The notes beneath the pieces are model-generated. The model did not search any database and had not been told where the DNA came from. It saw only the letters and a list, made by a program, of their open reading frames with translations. Below are positions 23,331-35,739 of a stretch of 64,000 nucleotides of DNA, in pieces; positions within the stretch are counted from its first letter, which is position 1; each line of letters opens with the position of its first letter. The DNA comes from Eledone cirrhosa (Eukaryota), in NCBI GenBank assembly GCA_964016885.1, contig OZ024741.1, positions 355,384,001 to 355,448,000 on the forward strand. The letters run 5' to 3'. The position numbers and the translations under genes were made by a program.

Positions 23331-23504
23331 CATTAATGTTACTGAAAACACTCTGGTATGTTTCAGTGGCTTATAAAACTCCAAGTTTACCCAGTTGGTT
23401 TGTTCAGGTGAGCTGCCCTCCAATTTCTGATATTGGGTAAACATCAACTTTGGTGGATCTCTTGCTGAGACCTGTTGGTACACTGATATTTCCAACACCA
23501 GTGG
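23331..23504 (-). CDS. DSL-domain gene exon 4: [58 protein letters not shown]
   Basis: 174 nt open, phase 0 to 0, donor ATG|gtaagt, acceptor ctaaaag| (weak); resembles the second half of the MNNL/C2 domain. Confidence 0.8.
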
Positions 23505-23518
23505 CTTTTAGTAGAAAT

Positions 23519-23606
<88 letters not shown>

Positions 23607-23857
23607 TATACATACACATATATATACATACATATATATATTATATATATATATATGTATATATCATTAGTGTAAGTAGGTGTATGCACATGTATGTGTA
23701 TGTGCATGCATATATCGAATATATATGCCTGTGTATATTAGTATATGGTCTTATTTTTATACACTATATCTTCGTTTACGCATGCATTCACATGCATATA
23801 GAAGTTCACATACATATACATACATATACACACATACACACACACATATATATATAC

Positions 23858-23916
<59 letters not shown>

Positions 23917-23917
<1 letters not shown>

Positions 23918-25301
23918 TAGCAGTGGTACCTGGCGTTGCACAGGATAAGGTATTGTGAAATATATAACCGCCTTAGCTAAGCTTAGTATTGCCACAACCA
24001 CGGCTGGCAAAGAAGTAAGGGTCTGGTGGTACGTAAGTAAGCAACACTGTGGCTTAAAACGTGAGGAAGAAGTTGTGTGCACTTACCAACTGTTTGGGGA
24101 ATGAGTGTGAGATTTGTCTTGAGCAAGGGTGGCAGAATAACCGGAGGCAGCAGACAGCCAGACATACAGACAGATATTATAAGGGCGCATTCTGGACGCA
24201 GAGGAAATTGTGGAAGTGACGTAATGCAGACAGCCAGGCATACAGACAAATATTATAAGGGCGCGACGTTATATGTATGTATCTATCTAAAAAGAGAAAG
24301 ACTAAGAATTATAGAGAGAGATCGCTAAATCGCCTAATGCGGTCCCTAGGGCATTGAAAATTTGAAATTTTGCTCAGAACACTACCTGAAACATAAGTAT
24401 TACATCTGTAAAGTTTGAAAACAGTCGGTTGGGTGGTTCTCGAGTTTTAGGGATTCAAACTCATACACACACAGACAGACATCCTCAGTTTTATATATAT
24501 AGACTAGCAGAAAACCACCCAGTGGGCGGTTTTCTGCTAGCAAATCTAGTGTATATACTGATATTGTTGAGATTTGGATGAGAAATATTTTCGGCACCAC
24601 ATGTTCACCGTCTCTCGGTGCGTCTTTTATGCATGTATAAATATATATGTTATCTATACGGTGAAATCTTTGAAATAAATATATGTTAAAACGAAAAAGG
24701 TGAAAAAGAGATTAGTGACGGAAATATAAACGTTATGATACATAAACGTTATGATATAACGATGGAAATATATAAACGTTTACGATAAAACGATGGAAAT
24801 AGAAACGTTTATATATAATGATAAGCCGAAACACTCATAAGCCGAAACACTCGTAAGTCGAAACACTCGTAAGTCGAAACACTCGTAAAGCGAAACGTAT
24901 AAATAAAGATTAATGTAATGAATTTGAAAAGCATAGAGATTTGAAACCGCGTCTATTTGTTTCCTTGGCATTTTTTACAGACGGACAGACAGACAAACAA
25001 ACAGAGAAATGCCCATTATATATTATAAGTAGACTTGGCATGGTGTCAAGTCAGAACCGCCTCAAACTGGTTACTTCTGGCTTGTGCAAGGTGTCTCTAT
25101 AGCAACCAGCGATTCCCTCGGCCTCAGTGACCAAAGTCAGTGGAGAGGGGAAGGTAATGTTTCCCATAGCGACAGTGTTTCTCTTGGTAGTACCAAAGTG
25201 GAGAAAGGAAGGGGAAGGTAATATTTCTGTAGCACCTACATTTGAGTTTTAGGGAAGGACAGACAGACAGACAGACAAACAGAGAAATGCTCATATATTT
25301 C

Positions 25302-25334
<33 letters not shown>

Positions 25335-26212
25335 TACACACACAGAAATGTATATATATTTCTGTGTGTGTATACATATATATATTACACACACAGAAAT
25401 GTATATATATTTCTTAGAACAAAATTATTATTAATGTTTTGCTGTTCATAACAATTGGAATTGAAAAATTACTTTTGAAATTATTAGTTATTTTACTAAT
25501 GCTTAGATATGTAAAAATGAAGCAATGTTTCTAATAATTGTTTCTACTTTTGGCACAAGGCCAGCAATTACCCAGTACATTACTGGTACTTTATTTTATC
25601 GACCCCGTGAGGATGAAAGACAAAGTTAACCTCGGCGGTATTTGAACTCAGACCGTAAAGGGACGTAACTCCATGCTATGAAGCATGGTGTCCGACTCTC
25701 TACAGATTCTGCCAATCCACCGCCCTAATGTCTGTACGTAATGAGGGAGTGAGAGGGGAGAGAAAGAAAGGCAGAGGTGAAGTGACGAAGTGACTCTCTC
25801 CTCCTCCTCCTCCTCCATCTCCCCATTCGTCACAGCGATAGAGGGGAGGAATGTTAGTGTGTTACAAAGGGAAAGAGTGAGAGTGAGAGAACAGACAGAC
25901 TAAAAGAGAGGGATAGCTGGAGAGAGAGAGAGATAGCAACAGATACAGTACAGTAGCTAAGGGATGTATATATATTTCTGTGTGTATATATATATATATT
26001 ACACACACAGAAATGTATATATGTTTCTCTAGCACTCCTCAATTCTCCCCTCTCTCCCTCCCGCTATCCCCCTCTTGTAGTCTGTCTCTTTCTTTCACTC
26101 TCACTCTCTCACTCTCTCTCTACGCGTGCGCAAAAAACATTCGCACGCGCGCACGTGTTTCCACTGTCGGACAGACAGACAGAGAAATTACTGGTTATAT
26201 ATTATAAGGAGA
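23917..26212 (-). mobile_element. Composite or nested non-autonomous Helitron-like elements
   Basis: 3' end reads hairpin CCTGTGCAACGCCAGG then CTAG on the minus strand at 23917-23944; a second hairpin-CTAG at 24503-24540; (GACA)n tracts next to TATATATTATAAG 5'-type ends at about 25030 and 26210; internal CGAAACACTCGTAAG minisatellite. Confidence 0.6.
25535..25725 (-). mobile_element. tRNA-derived SINE (family with GGGGTCGATAAAATAAAGTACCAG core, Nin-like domain)
   Basis: One of more than 10 copies: about 27093-27280(-), 47240-47425(+), 48517-49325(-, split), 53100-53225(+, tails only), 54588-54780(+), 56640-56822(+), 58735-58912(+), 58915-59105(+), 61438-61640(+), 63300-63490(-), 63838-63950(-). 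Confidence 0.85.
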
Positions 26213-26249
26213 TGAGTGTGTGTGTGTGATTATGTATGTATATATATAT

Positions 26250-26284
<35 letters not shown>

Positions 26285-27289
26285 TTGAATTGGTTGTTTG
26301 TTACACAGATTCAACCATGACTAATGTTTAGTGTGCCATTGATTCAAGAAGCAACAAATATTGATAGGACATGATATCTAAAGTTTCACCAGCCCCAGTC
26401 CAAAATGTAAAAAAATAAAAGAATTTTACACATTTGGAATACAAACAGTATTTAAAAAAAAAATAATAATGAAAATTGTGTACAGTGCTCAGGTGCACTA
26501 CATTTCATCATCATAACAATTATCATACTTCCATCTTTCCATGCTGGACAAGACATTTTAATTAATTTACAGAACTTTGCATGTCTAGCCACTAAACAGT
26601 ATGAGTTTTGTTAATATAGGGCTTAAACAAACATCACCACATCATGCTGTGAAGTATTTTAACCCTTTAGCATTTACATTACTCTATATTTACTATTATA
26701 TTTTCATGGTAAAGCCTTTATCTCACATAATATCGAATCTATGAGATTTTGATATTATTTATTTTGAGAACAATCCCTTAACATCAGTATGAGCGGAAAG
26801 AGGTGAACAAATTCTGACTGGATATATGCTAAAGGATTAAAGTGATCTTATCACAGCTACCTTACTAAGTGTATGAGAATGCCAAATGCTAGTATTTCAC
26901 TATCTTTATCCATCATTAGTGTTGTTTAAATTAATAGTTTATATATAGATTTTGCAAACAATACATTTTTAAAGATGTTCATTTGTATATAGTGCAGGTC
27001 TAACAGGCTAGTCTTAATTATCAATAGCACTAATACAACATGATTTGGCGTGGAAACATGTATGGAAGCATATACAATATGTTTATGTATGATAATTGTT
27101 TCTACTTTTGGCACAAGGCCAGCAATTACCCAGTGCATTACTGGTACTTTATTTTATTGACCCCGTAAAGATGAAAGACAACGTTAACCTCGGCGGGATT
27201 TGAACTCAGTCCATAAAGGGACGTAACTGTGCTGCAAAGCATGGCGTCCAAACCTCTACCGATACTACCAATCGTCGCCGTGTAAATGT

Positions 27290-27650
27290 ATGATAATGGC
27301 ACTCCATCGGTTATGATGAGGAGTATTCCAATTGATCTGATCAATGGAACAGCCTACTCGTGAAATTAACATGCAAGTGGCTGAACATTCCACAGACATG
27401 TGTACCCTTAATGTTGGAAGGAACAAACAAAATGCAGGAGTCAGTTGTACACAAGAGATTCAGTGTGACACCAAATGTGACAAGATTGGCCCTTCGAATT
27501 ACAGGTACAACTCATATTTGCCAGCTGAGTGAACAGGAGCAATGTGAAATAAAGTGTCTTTGTTCAAGGACACAACACGCTGTCAGGAATCGAACTCACA
27601 ACCTTACAATTGTGAGCTGAATACCTTAACCACAAAGCAACACACTTTCA
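27290..27650 (-). mobile_element. CORE-type SINE with a different 3' tail
   Basis: tRNA-like head (GTGAGTTCGATTCC on the minus strand) and CORE-like CCTTGAACAAAGACACTTTATTTCACATTGCTCC shared with 30357-30693, followed by an unrelated tail. Confidence 0.65.
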
Positions 27651-28025
27651 CATTTATGTATAGTATATATACAGTCTAAATGTTTATAGTATATTTACTA
27701 GTGGACAGACCTTTGTGAAAAACTGCAGTTATTAGAGTAAAGACTTTAATTTTTAATGTGATGCAGTCATAATGTTGTTTTGCACTTTTCAAGAGTGTTC
27801 TGTTAATGTGGTTTCATGTGGTACAGGATGCTAAGAGTTAAGCTATGATCATGTCACAGTAACTGCAGTAACGATATAAGAATGATAAATGCTAGGATGT
27901 TTATCCATCCTCAGTGATCTACTTATTTGGCACAGTGGTAGATAAACTATTAGTTTATATATAGATTTTGCAAATAATACACTTCTGGATATGTTCATTT
28001 GCATATAGTGCAGGCCTGATATATT

Positions 28026-28057
<32 letters not shown>

Positions 28058-28297
28058 TGTATGTATGTATGTATGTATGTATGTATGTATGTATGTATGT
28101 GTGTGTGTTAAAGTACCAGAAACGGCCGTTTGGGTGCTCTCCCTTGGTTTTTAAGACCAGTGGTGAGTTTCACCACTTCTAAAATTTAAAGCAAGGTTAA
28201 AAAAATGTTCATTTACATGAAACTTTCATATATGATTCAATATACAACCCAAGTTATGTATCAATGGTATATCAGAGCATCACTACTTTTCATATAT

Positions 28298-28407
28298 ATA
28301 GGAAAAGAGTCATGACCCCGACGGCTGAGGTCCAGCCGTTTCGACAGCTAGATCTAGCTGTCGAAATGGCCAGGGCTCAGGCGTCAGGGTCATGACTCTT
28401 TTCCTAT
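28298..28407. repeat. 110-bp imperfect palindrome with no spacer
   Basis: ATAGGAAAAGAGTCATGACCC...TTTCGACAGCTAGA|TCTAGCTGTCGAAA...GGGTCATGACTCTTTTCCTAT, centred at 28352/28353. Confidence 0.9.
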
Positions 28408-28506
28408 TACCCACTCTACTACCCTAAGTATCGAGTACTGTGGTGTGTTATGGTCCACCTGGTTTCTTAACACACTTTCTTTGTTTTATATATATGTGTA
28501 TATATA

Positions 28507-29354
28507 CAGGGTGAGGACGATATTTGTTCGCAATTTTCAACTGCTAATTTTATACAAATTTTTTTTACTTTCGTTGTCACTCTTGTCTTCATAAAAACAG
28601 TGACTATATTTCCATTATTTATTTTCAGAATAATTGATTATGAATAATTTTGAACCTCCAAATTCGTGGAAGAGACATGGAGTTCTTCTTGGAATCCGCG
28701 CCGGGAGGACAAATAAGACCAGAACAACAGGTGGCTCGCTGTCTCATCCAAAGACATGCCCAGAGTCATACAGACAAAGTTTCCAGCGACAACATTGGTC
28801 TTAGGTGTTGTCAGCAGTCAAGGTGACATCATGCCACCTCACTTCTTCCCTGAGGGCCTCAAGCTGAACGCCAATAGCTACATCCGCGTTCTGAGCGAGG
28901 TAGTAAAAACCTGGATCGACCTGCAGGTAGGCCGTACGTGTGACAGCAAGACTCAGCGCCTGCCATACCAGCCAAAAGACCCAAGTCTGGCTGTCAGAGA
29001 ACTTCGTCGACCACACTTCACCTGACATCTGGCCTCCCAGCTTGCCTGACTGCAACCCCCTCGACTTCTTTGTGTGGGGCGCAGTGGAACGAGACACCAA
29101 CAGATCTAGCTGCAATATGAAAGATGATCTGAAGGCCAGGATTACAAGTGCCTTTAGGGGCCTAAGTTGGGGGACAGTGACGAAGGCCTGTAGCCAGTTC
29201 CGAGGCCGCCTTGAGGCCGTCATCAAAGCCAATGGCGGGTTTATCGAGTGAGATCGAATGAACAAATCATGAAGACAAACTGACCCAAGTTTGATAAATA
29301 TATCTTAAAAAATAAAACTACTGTGTTATTTTTCCTAGACAATATCGTCCGCAC

Positions 29355-29358
<4 letters not shown>
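28507..29358 (+). mobile_element. Internally deleted Tc1/mariner-superfamily transposon (DD37D/maT-like)
   Basis: TIRs CAGGGTGAGGACGATATT / AATATCGTCCGCACTCTG flanked by TA; frameshifted transposase with VLGVVSSQGDIMPPHFF and WPPSLPDCNPLDFFVWG...GGFIE. Confidence 0.88.
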
Positions 29359-29405
<47 letters not shown>

Positions 29406-29493
29406 TATGTTAAGGTATCAATACATTTTTTATATTTATGTTGATTATATTTTCAATAAATAAGCTCTTGGACCTTGGCCTGAATTTGTGTAT

Positions 29494-29595
<102 letters not shown>

Positions 29596-30356
29596 AGATC
29601 AAAAGATGGTTAAAGGAGTTCCATGTATTTTATTATGCGCATTTCAAAAACAAACATGATCATGCAATAATATTTGTGTTTTCATCATATATATATATAT
29701 GTATATGCAAGTATATATATATGTAAGTATAAATGCATCTATGTATGCCTGTAAGCATGTATACCTACATTATGATCTGACTTTACCATTAAACACTACT
29801 CTATAAATCAAACCCTGCACTGCCATCACCCCGTTCCCATACTTACACACACCCTTGAAGGCATCTCAAACATCTTATTAGGAACAGATTGCTACTAGCT
29901 TTTTTTGTGTGTGCTGACACCTTTCCCATCTTACATTATCCCCCACCCTCTCTTTCTTTACTGAACTCCCAATTTCAACTTTAACAGGTTTTGAGAGTAT
30001 AAATGAGCCAAAGCTTTAGCTCACTTGAAATGTATATAGAGAGACATAGACATATTTACATACAAAGGCATCAACACACATATACACACAGAGGCACGCA
30101 TGCATACATGCACACATACTCACACTGACACACACACACACACATAAACACATGTGCATACAGACAGACAGACAGATAGACACACACACACACACACAAA
30201 TATATATATATATATATATATATAACCTATGCAGGCATGGAGAAAGTATGTTAAATAGTGATGATGATATATTTATATTTATATATATAAATCTAAGTAA
30301 GTATACGTACATACATATATGTATACAGATGTACAGTAGTATGTATATATATATGG

Positions 30357-30693
30357 AGGCATATGGCTAAGCGGTTAGAGCATTGGCCTTGCAATCGAAA
30401 GGTTGTGAGTTCAATTCTCGGACCGGGTGATGTGTTGTTTCCTTGAGCAAGAGACTTTATTTCACATTGTTCCAGTTTACTCAGCTGTAGAAATGAGATG
30501 ATAGGGACCCCAGTCCCTATTATTCAACTGTAAAGTGGTCGTGGAGGTGCCATGGCAAAAAAGCACCCAGCACTCACTGTAAATGAGGTTGGTGTTAGGA
30601 AGAGCATCCAGCTGTAGAAATCAAGCCAGCATCAGTTCCCGTCCCACCCTTGCAAGCAGGGAAAAGTGGACGTAAAATGATGATGATGATGAT
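30357..30693 (+). mobile_element. tRNA-derived CORE-type SINE with RTE-derived 3' tail and (GAT)n end
   Basis: A-box TGGCTAAGCGG, B-box GAGTTCAATTC, CORE-like CCTTGAGCAAGAGACTTTATTTCAC; 30528-30630 matches the RTE 3'UTR (reverse complement of about 4325-4455). Confidence 0.85.
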
Positions 30694-31719
30694 ACATGCA
30701 CACATATATATATATGTACGTATGGATTCACCGAACATTTATTATAATGCTCGGTGTGTTTGTAAACAAACATCCCGTATTAAGCCGTAGTGTTTAGCAA
30801 CCATCGTTGCTCGTTTGTTCAACACTGACAAAGAAATGCTGTACTAGTTTCAAGCTTATTAGCTATCGTCAGCAACGTATACCTTCCTGCCAGATGATTG
30901 ACCATCTGAAAGTATATACATTCCTTATGCATATTAACGGCTGAGCAGCCTAATTTGCATATCGAGTGGGTTAATCGGCCGGGTGCACCGAAAACGATAA
31001 ACGGAAAAAATGAAACAAAATTTCATTTCCCACTCTTAGTACAGCTGTTACTTAAATATAAGTATGTATACGTACATACATATATGTATACAGACGTACA
31101 GTAGTATGTATATATATAATCATACATGCATACATATATATATGTACGTATGGATTCACCAAACATTTATTATAATGCTCGGTGTGTTTGTATATATATA
31201 TATATTTATATAAATACAACACCCCACCCTCTCCTACATACCTAGATCTACCTCCCCAATCCCCCAGCCCACACTGTAAAGTGGTCATGTAGGCATCACA
31301 CCAAAAAGTACCCAGTACACACTGTAAATGTGGTTGGCATTAGCAAGGGCTTACAGTTCTGTATAAGAAAGACATGGTGACCTGATATGTTTTGTCTCAC
31401 AATGGGCTAACTCATCTAACCCATGCTAACATGGAAAAATGGACATCAAACGGTGATGATGAAGATGATATATATACATGAACGTACATACACTCATTCA
31501 CATTCACATGCACATGGACACACACACGCACATATATTCTTTTACTAGCTTCAGTCATTGATTACCATTAAGCTTGGGCATTCTCTTTAAGAACTGAAGA
31601 CAGTCACCCATCTATATACAAAATAGGCTTGATGTTGCTTAATTTTGGTGATTGGATAAAAACCAATGTTTTCAGCATGATTTGTTTGTATATGGCATCG
31701 ATTGCACCACTTCACTTAC

Positions 31720-31965
31720 TCCATGCCACCCCTATCAACTGACTGCCCTTCCCTCCTTACCTACCACCCTTCTACCTGCCCCTCCAACTTCTCCGCCACC
31801 TACAGGCTGATCTCTCCACCTCACCCATTTTCCCTTCATTTAAGTGCGCTCATAATCTTCGGAACCTCCTCGTCCACAACGCCCTTACTCCCCCCCCAAC
31901 ACATCTGGATCCCACCCCTGTTCCCGACCCCGCTGCCATACTTACAGCTTTATCTCCAATATCAC
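31720..31965 (+). pseudogene. Penelope-like element remnant (RT to GIY-YIG linker)
   Basis: Frameshifted translation gives LLTYHPS...SFKCAHNLRNLLVH...GSHPCSRPRCHT, typical of the PLE linker and zinc-knuckle region. Confidence 0.55.
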
Positions 31966-33335
31966 CACCCTTTTCCGTCTCTTTTTCACAGACACATTAT
32001 AAACTTCTACATACATACACACATTAAAATTTAATGTTTTATTTTAGTTTACTGCAAATTTTCACAATGATACATCCCCTAGATACTATAAACGTTTGAA
32101 TTAACAAATCCTTTTTTAGATATTTTCTGCTATATTATTACAAGATGTTAAGAGTTAATATGTATGCAGATGGCATAGACATGTATGGGTGTGTATGTAT
32201 GTACATTTGGCACATGGTCAAGTAGTTAAGGGGTTTGCTTTTTAATCAGAAGGTTCTTGGTTCAATCTCCCATTATGCAGAATCTTGTGCAAGTGTTTTC
32301 TACTATAACCTCTGGGTTAACGAAGTCTTGTGGGTAAAATTGGGAAGATGGAAACTAAGCAGAAGCCATTCAGATGTACTGTGCATGTGATTCGAAGGCT
32401 CAGTCATGTCATGCAGTGTCAAGAGTCTGAGGACTACAATGGAAGTCACCTGATATAGTCAGTTTGGGACAAAGCCTTTTCTGAGAACTATAACTAGCTG
32501 ATAACATTATTTGTGATTCTAATAAGCAGCTTCCACTGTATATATATATATCATCATCATCATCATCATCATCATTGCTTTTACATCTGCTTTCCACAAC
32601 AGCATCAGTTATACAGGTTGTCAGGATCCAAAATCAAATGGATTGGAGCAACCTCATCTCATTCATACTTTTCATATTTTACATGATTTCTACCGCTGGA
32701 TATCTTTCCTAACACCGACCACCTTACAGAGAGCACTGGGTGTATTTTATCATCATCCTCATCATAACCATTTTTACATAAACTATGTTATCTATGTTAG
32801 CATAGGTTGGATGAAACTTTTTGAGGTAGCATTCTATGGCCAGGTATGCTCCCTGACACCATCCCTTTCTTGTTATTCAATATTTGCACATCTAACTACT
32901 GATCTGCAAGACATATTGTTTATGTAGGATAGAAACAAATGTGCCTGCTTTTATGCCCCACCCACCACATACATACATCATCATAATCATCATCATCATT
33001 TTTATGTCCACTTTTCTATGCTGATATGGGTTGGAGAGGAAGTTTTGAAACAATGTTTTATAGCCATGTGCCCTTCCTAGTGCCAACCATTTTAGTCACC
33101 TCTTACAACATGCAGGTAAATGGCGTACCTATTCTAAAAACTGTCCTCTAAATTTCACTCACAAGGCATTGGTAAATCTGAAGCTATAGTAGAAGACTCT
33201 TAACTAAAGTGCTATACAGTGGGAGTGGATTTAAAACAACATGGCTGCAAAGCTAACTTCTTAACCACACAGCCATGCTCCCAGCTATTGTTTGGAAAGA
33301 GAGAAAACCCCCAAAGACATTACCAAAAGACATAC

Positions 33336-33448
33336 CTGAATGACACCGGGTATAAACAAACGAATTTGGTTTAATGTAAAGTTCTCTGTTCCAACATTCT
33401 TCAATTTGGGTATGTTCTCTCCATGGATTTGGGATGTGGTCTGGTATT
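33336..33448 (-). CDS. DSL-domain gene exon 3: (E)YQTTSQIHGENIPKLKNVGTENFTLNQIRLFIPGVIQ
   Basis: cattccag| acceptor, CAG|gtatgt donor, 113 nt (phase 1 to 0); joins exons 2 and 4 in frame. Confidence 0.75.
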
Positions 33449-33489
33449 CTGGAATGGTACAAATTTAACTGAGAGAAACTATGATCCTT

Positions 33490-33985
33490 TGATAACAACA
33501 ACAACAACTTTACAATGACAACCACACTACACCACCAATACAACAACAATATCAACATGCCAACAACATTATAACAACAACAACACTACATCACCTACAT
33601 CACACAAACAACACTGCAACAATACTACACCACCAGGACCACCACCTCCACCACCACCACCACTACTATTAGTGACAGCACAACTCAATGAAAATGCTAC
33701 AATAATAGCAGCCACAACATAACAACAACAACACTACAATATTACAATAACAACAACACTACAATACCACAACAACAACAACACCATTACTGCAATATTA
33801 TAACAGCAACAACATTATCCACAACAACAAAAACACCACAATTGCAATATTACAATAACAACAACACTGCAACTCAACAACAACAACAGTAACAACCACA
33901 ACAAAAACACCACAATTACAATATTACAACAACAGCAACACTGCAACAACAACAACAACAACAACAACAACTACAACAGCAGCAG
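33490..33985. repeat. Degenerate (AAC/ACC)n microsatellite filling intron 2 of the DSL gene
   Basis: Visible trinucleotide periodicity. Confidence 0.9.
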
Positions 33986-33995
33986 TATCTCTTAC

Positions 33996-34206
33996 CATTC
34001 AAAAAGGTAAATCTTCGCTGCACAAAACAGTTTTCATATGTATTTGAACCGTTTATCTTTCTCAGACAAACATTTATTATTATGAAGTCGGAAGTGAAGT
34101 TTGCATTGGTGTTCTGACATGTTTCCCCAAAACAGGATCTCTGGATTGAAGTCAGCAATGGATCAAGATCCAGATCCAATATGGAATTGCCAAATATAAA
34201 AACAAA
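33996..34206 (-). CDS. DSL-domain gene exon 2: FVFIFGNSILDLDLDPLLTSIQRSCFGETCQNTNANFTSDFIIINVCLRKINGSNTYENCFVQRRFTFLN
   Basis: ttttccag| acceptor, G|gtaaga donor, 211 nt (phase 0 to 1); GNSILDLDL and IINVCLRK...NC resemble Delta MNNL motifs GVFELKL and FFRVCLKH...PC. Confidence 0.82.
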
Positions 34207-34356
34207 CTGGAAAATATTAATAATAGTAATTTGTGTAGGAGCTCTGAAATAGCAATGTATATATGAATGTACGCATTGTATATTTAATAATATATTCTAT
34301 TTCGTTTCTGAATTTGTTTAGCAAGATTCTTTATCTGAAATCGTGTGTTGAAACCG

Positions 34357-34796
34357 ATATTGTTATACTTTGGGAGGGTCATGTTGCCAATAAGAAACAC
34401 ACACACCAGTTGTTTTCACTTCAATTTATTATATATTTATAAATTTACAAATTTACAAACTTATAAATTTCTGGTTGGTTGGTTGGTTCCACAACCAGAT
34501 AGTTGTTTATATATAGTCATAGTCCTTTGTAATGGCGTAGGATAGAAGAAAGGAAAGGAATCCCCAGTCACTGAAGAGGTCACAGAGTGTGTGACGAAAG
34601 GACTATGACTATATATAAACAACTATCTGGTTGTGGAACCAACCAACCAACCAACCAACCAACCAACCAACCAGAAATTTATAAGTTTGTAAATTTGTAA
34701 ATTTATAAATTTATAAATATATAATAAATTGAAGTGAAAACAACTGGTGCGTGTGTTTCTTATTGGCAACATGACCCTCCCAAAGTATAACAATAT
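34357..34796. repeat. Long inverted repeat (arms 34357-34528 and 34597-34796, 68-nt spacer)
   Basis: Arms are near-perfect reverse complements apart from the (AACC)n and 9-bp repeat copy numbers. Confidence 0.92.
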
Positions 34797-35739
34797 ATTC
34801 TATATTTATTTAAAAACATTTTGAAGGCCTTTCACTATGAATTTAAGGTAGTGACTATAGTCACATACCTAGCTTCAGCAAAAACAAAGGGTTTTCAAAA
34901 TGTTTTAAAATAAACATGTTATTAAATATACAATACGTACATTAATAATAGTAATTACTTCTTTTATTGGCCACAAGGGACTTAAAAATGCTGGGGGACA
35001 ATGCAAGAACAAAGACAACATAGAGTGGGGTTTACATTGAGTAAAAGAAAGGGGACATCACCAGAGGGAAATCAGTAGGTATGATAATAACAATAATTGT
35101 AATAAATAGCCTATCTCGGTTTCCTTGGCGGGAAGTGACTGAGAGTACAAGACTACTCCCTGGACAGGATGCCAGTCCATCGCAGGGTTAAATCCACAGC
35201 TATTGCTGGTACTCATTTTCAGTTGAGTATACTGGAGCAATGTGAAATGAAGTGTTTTGCTCAAGAAGCACAACACACAATCTAATCTAATCTAATCTAA
35301 TCTGGCCGAGTTTACACTCGCAAATAAGAAGAACCAGAGCCGCCCCAGGAGCATTGGATTTAGTGTACTTCATATTTGTTTCAGTTGCTGAATACAATCA
35401 GGGGTCGCTGCTTCTCCTGAAAGTCAATAGTTCTCTTCTAACTCAAGCAGGAGTGCCTTTCCATTGTCAATTTGCATTGATCATCTGCAAAGCCGCATTG
35501 TTCTCAGAACCACTACACCAGTCTTTTGATGTGTGCAGCTGGAACTACTGCCACCCATTGATTTGGAAACACACAACGCAGTTCAGAAATTGAATCCACC
35601 ACATTATGATCATAAATCCAACACCCTTACCACTAGGCCATACACCTCCACTCTACTGGTTAGACCTGTTCAGGGTGGTACATGTTTGCACCTCCCCTAC
35701 CAGGGTAGGGGAGGCACACATGCCACCCCAAACATATCC

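Noticed and set aside
30357-30430. tRNA gene
   Set aside because: It is a tRNA-derived SINE head running directly into CORE and LINE-tail sequence; the acceptor stem is poor.
31566-31611. Possible micro-exon MGDCLQFLKRMPKLN on the minus strand
   Set aside because: Phase 0 to 1 would break the frame into exon 4; no domain similarity.
32449-32535. Possible extra exon of the minus-strand gene (GSCLLESQIML...)
   Set aside because: Its open frame needs phase 2, incompatible with flanking exons that already join in phase 0.
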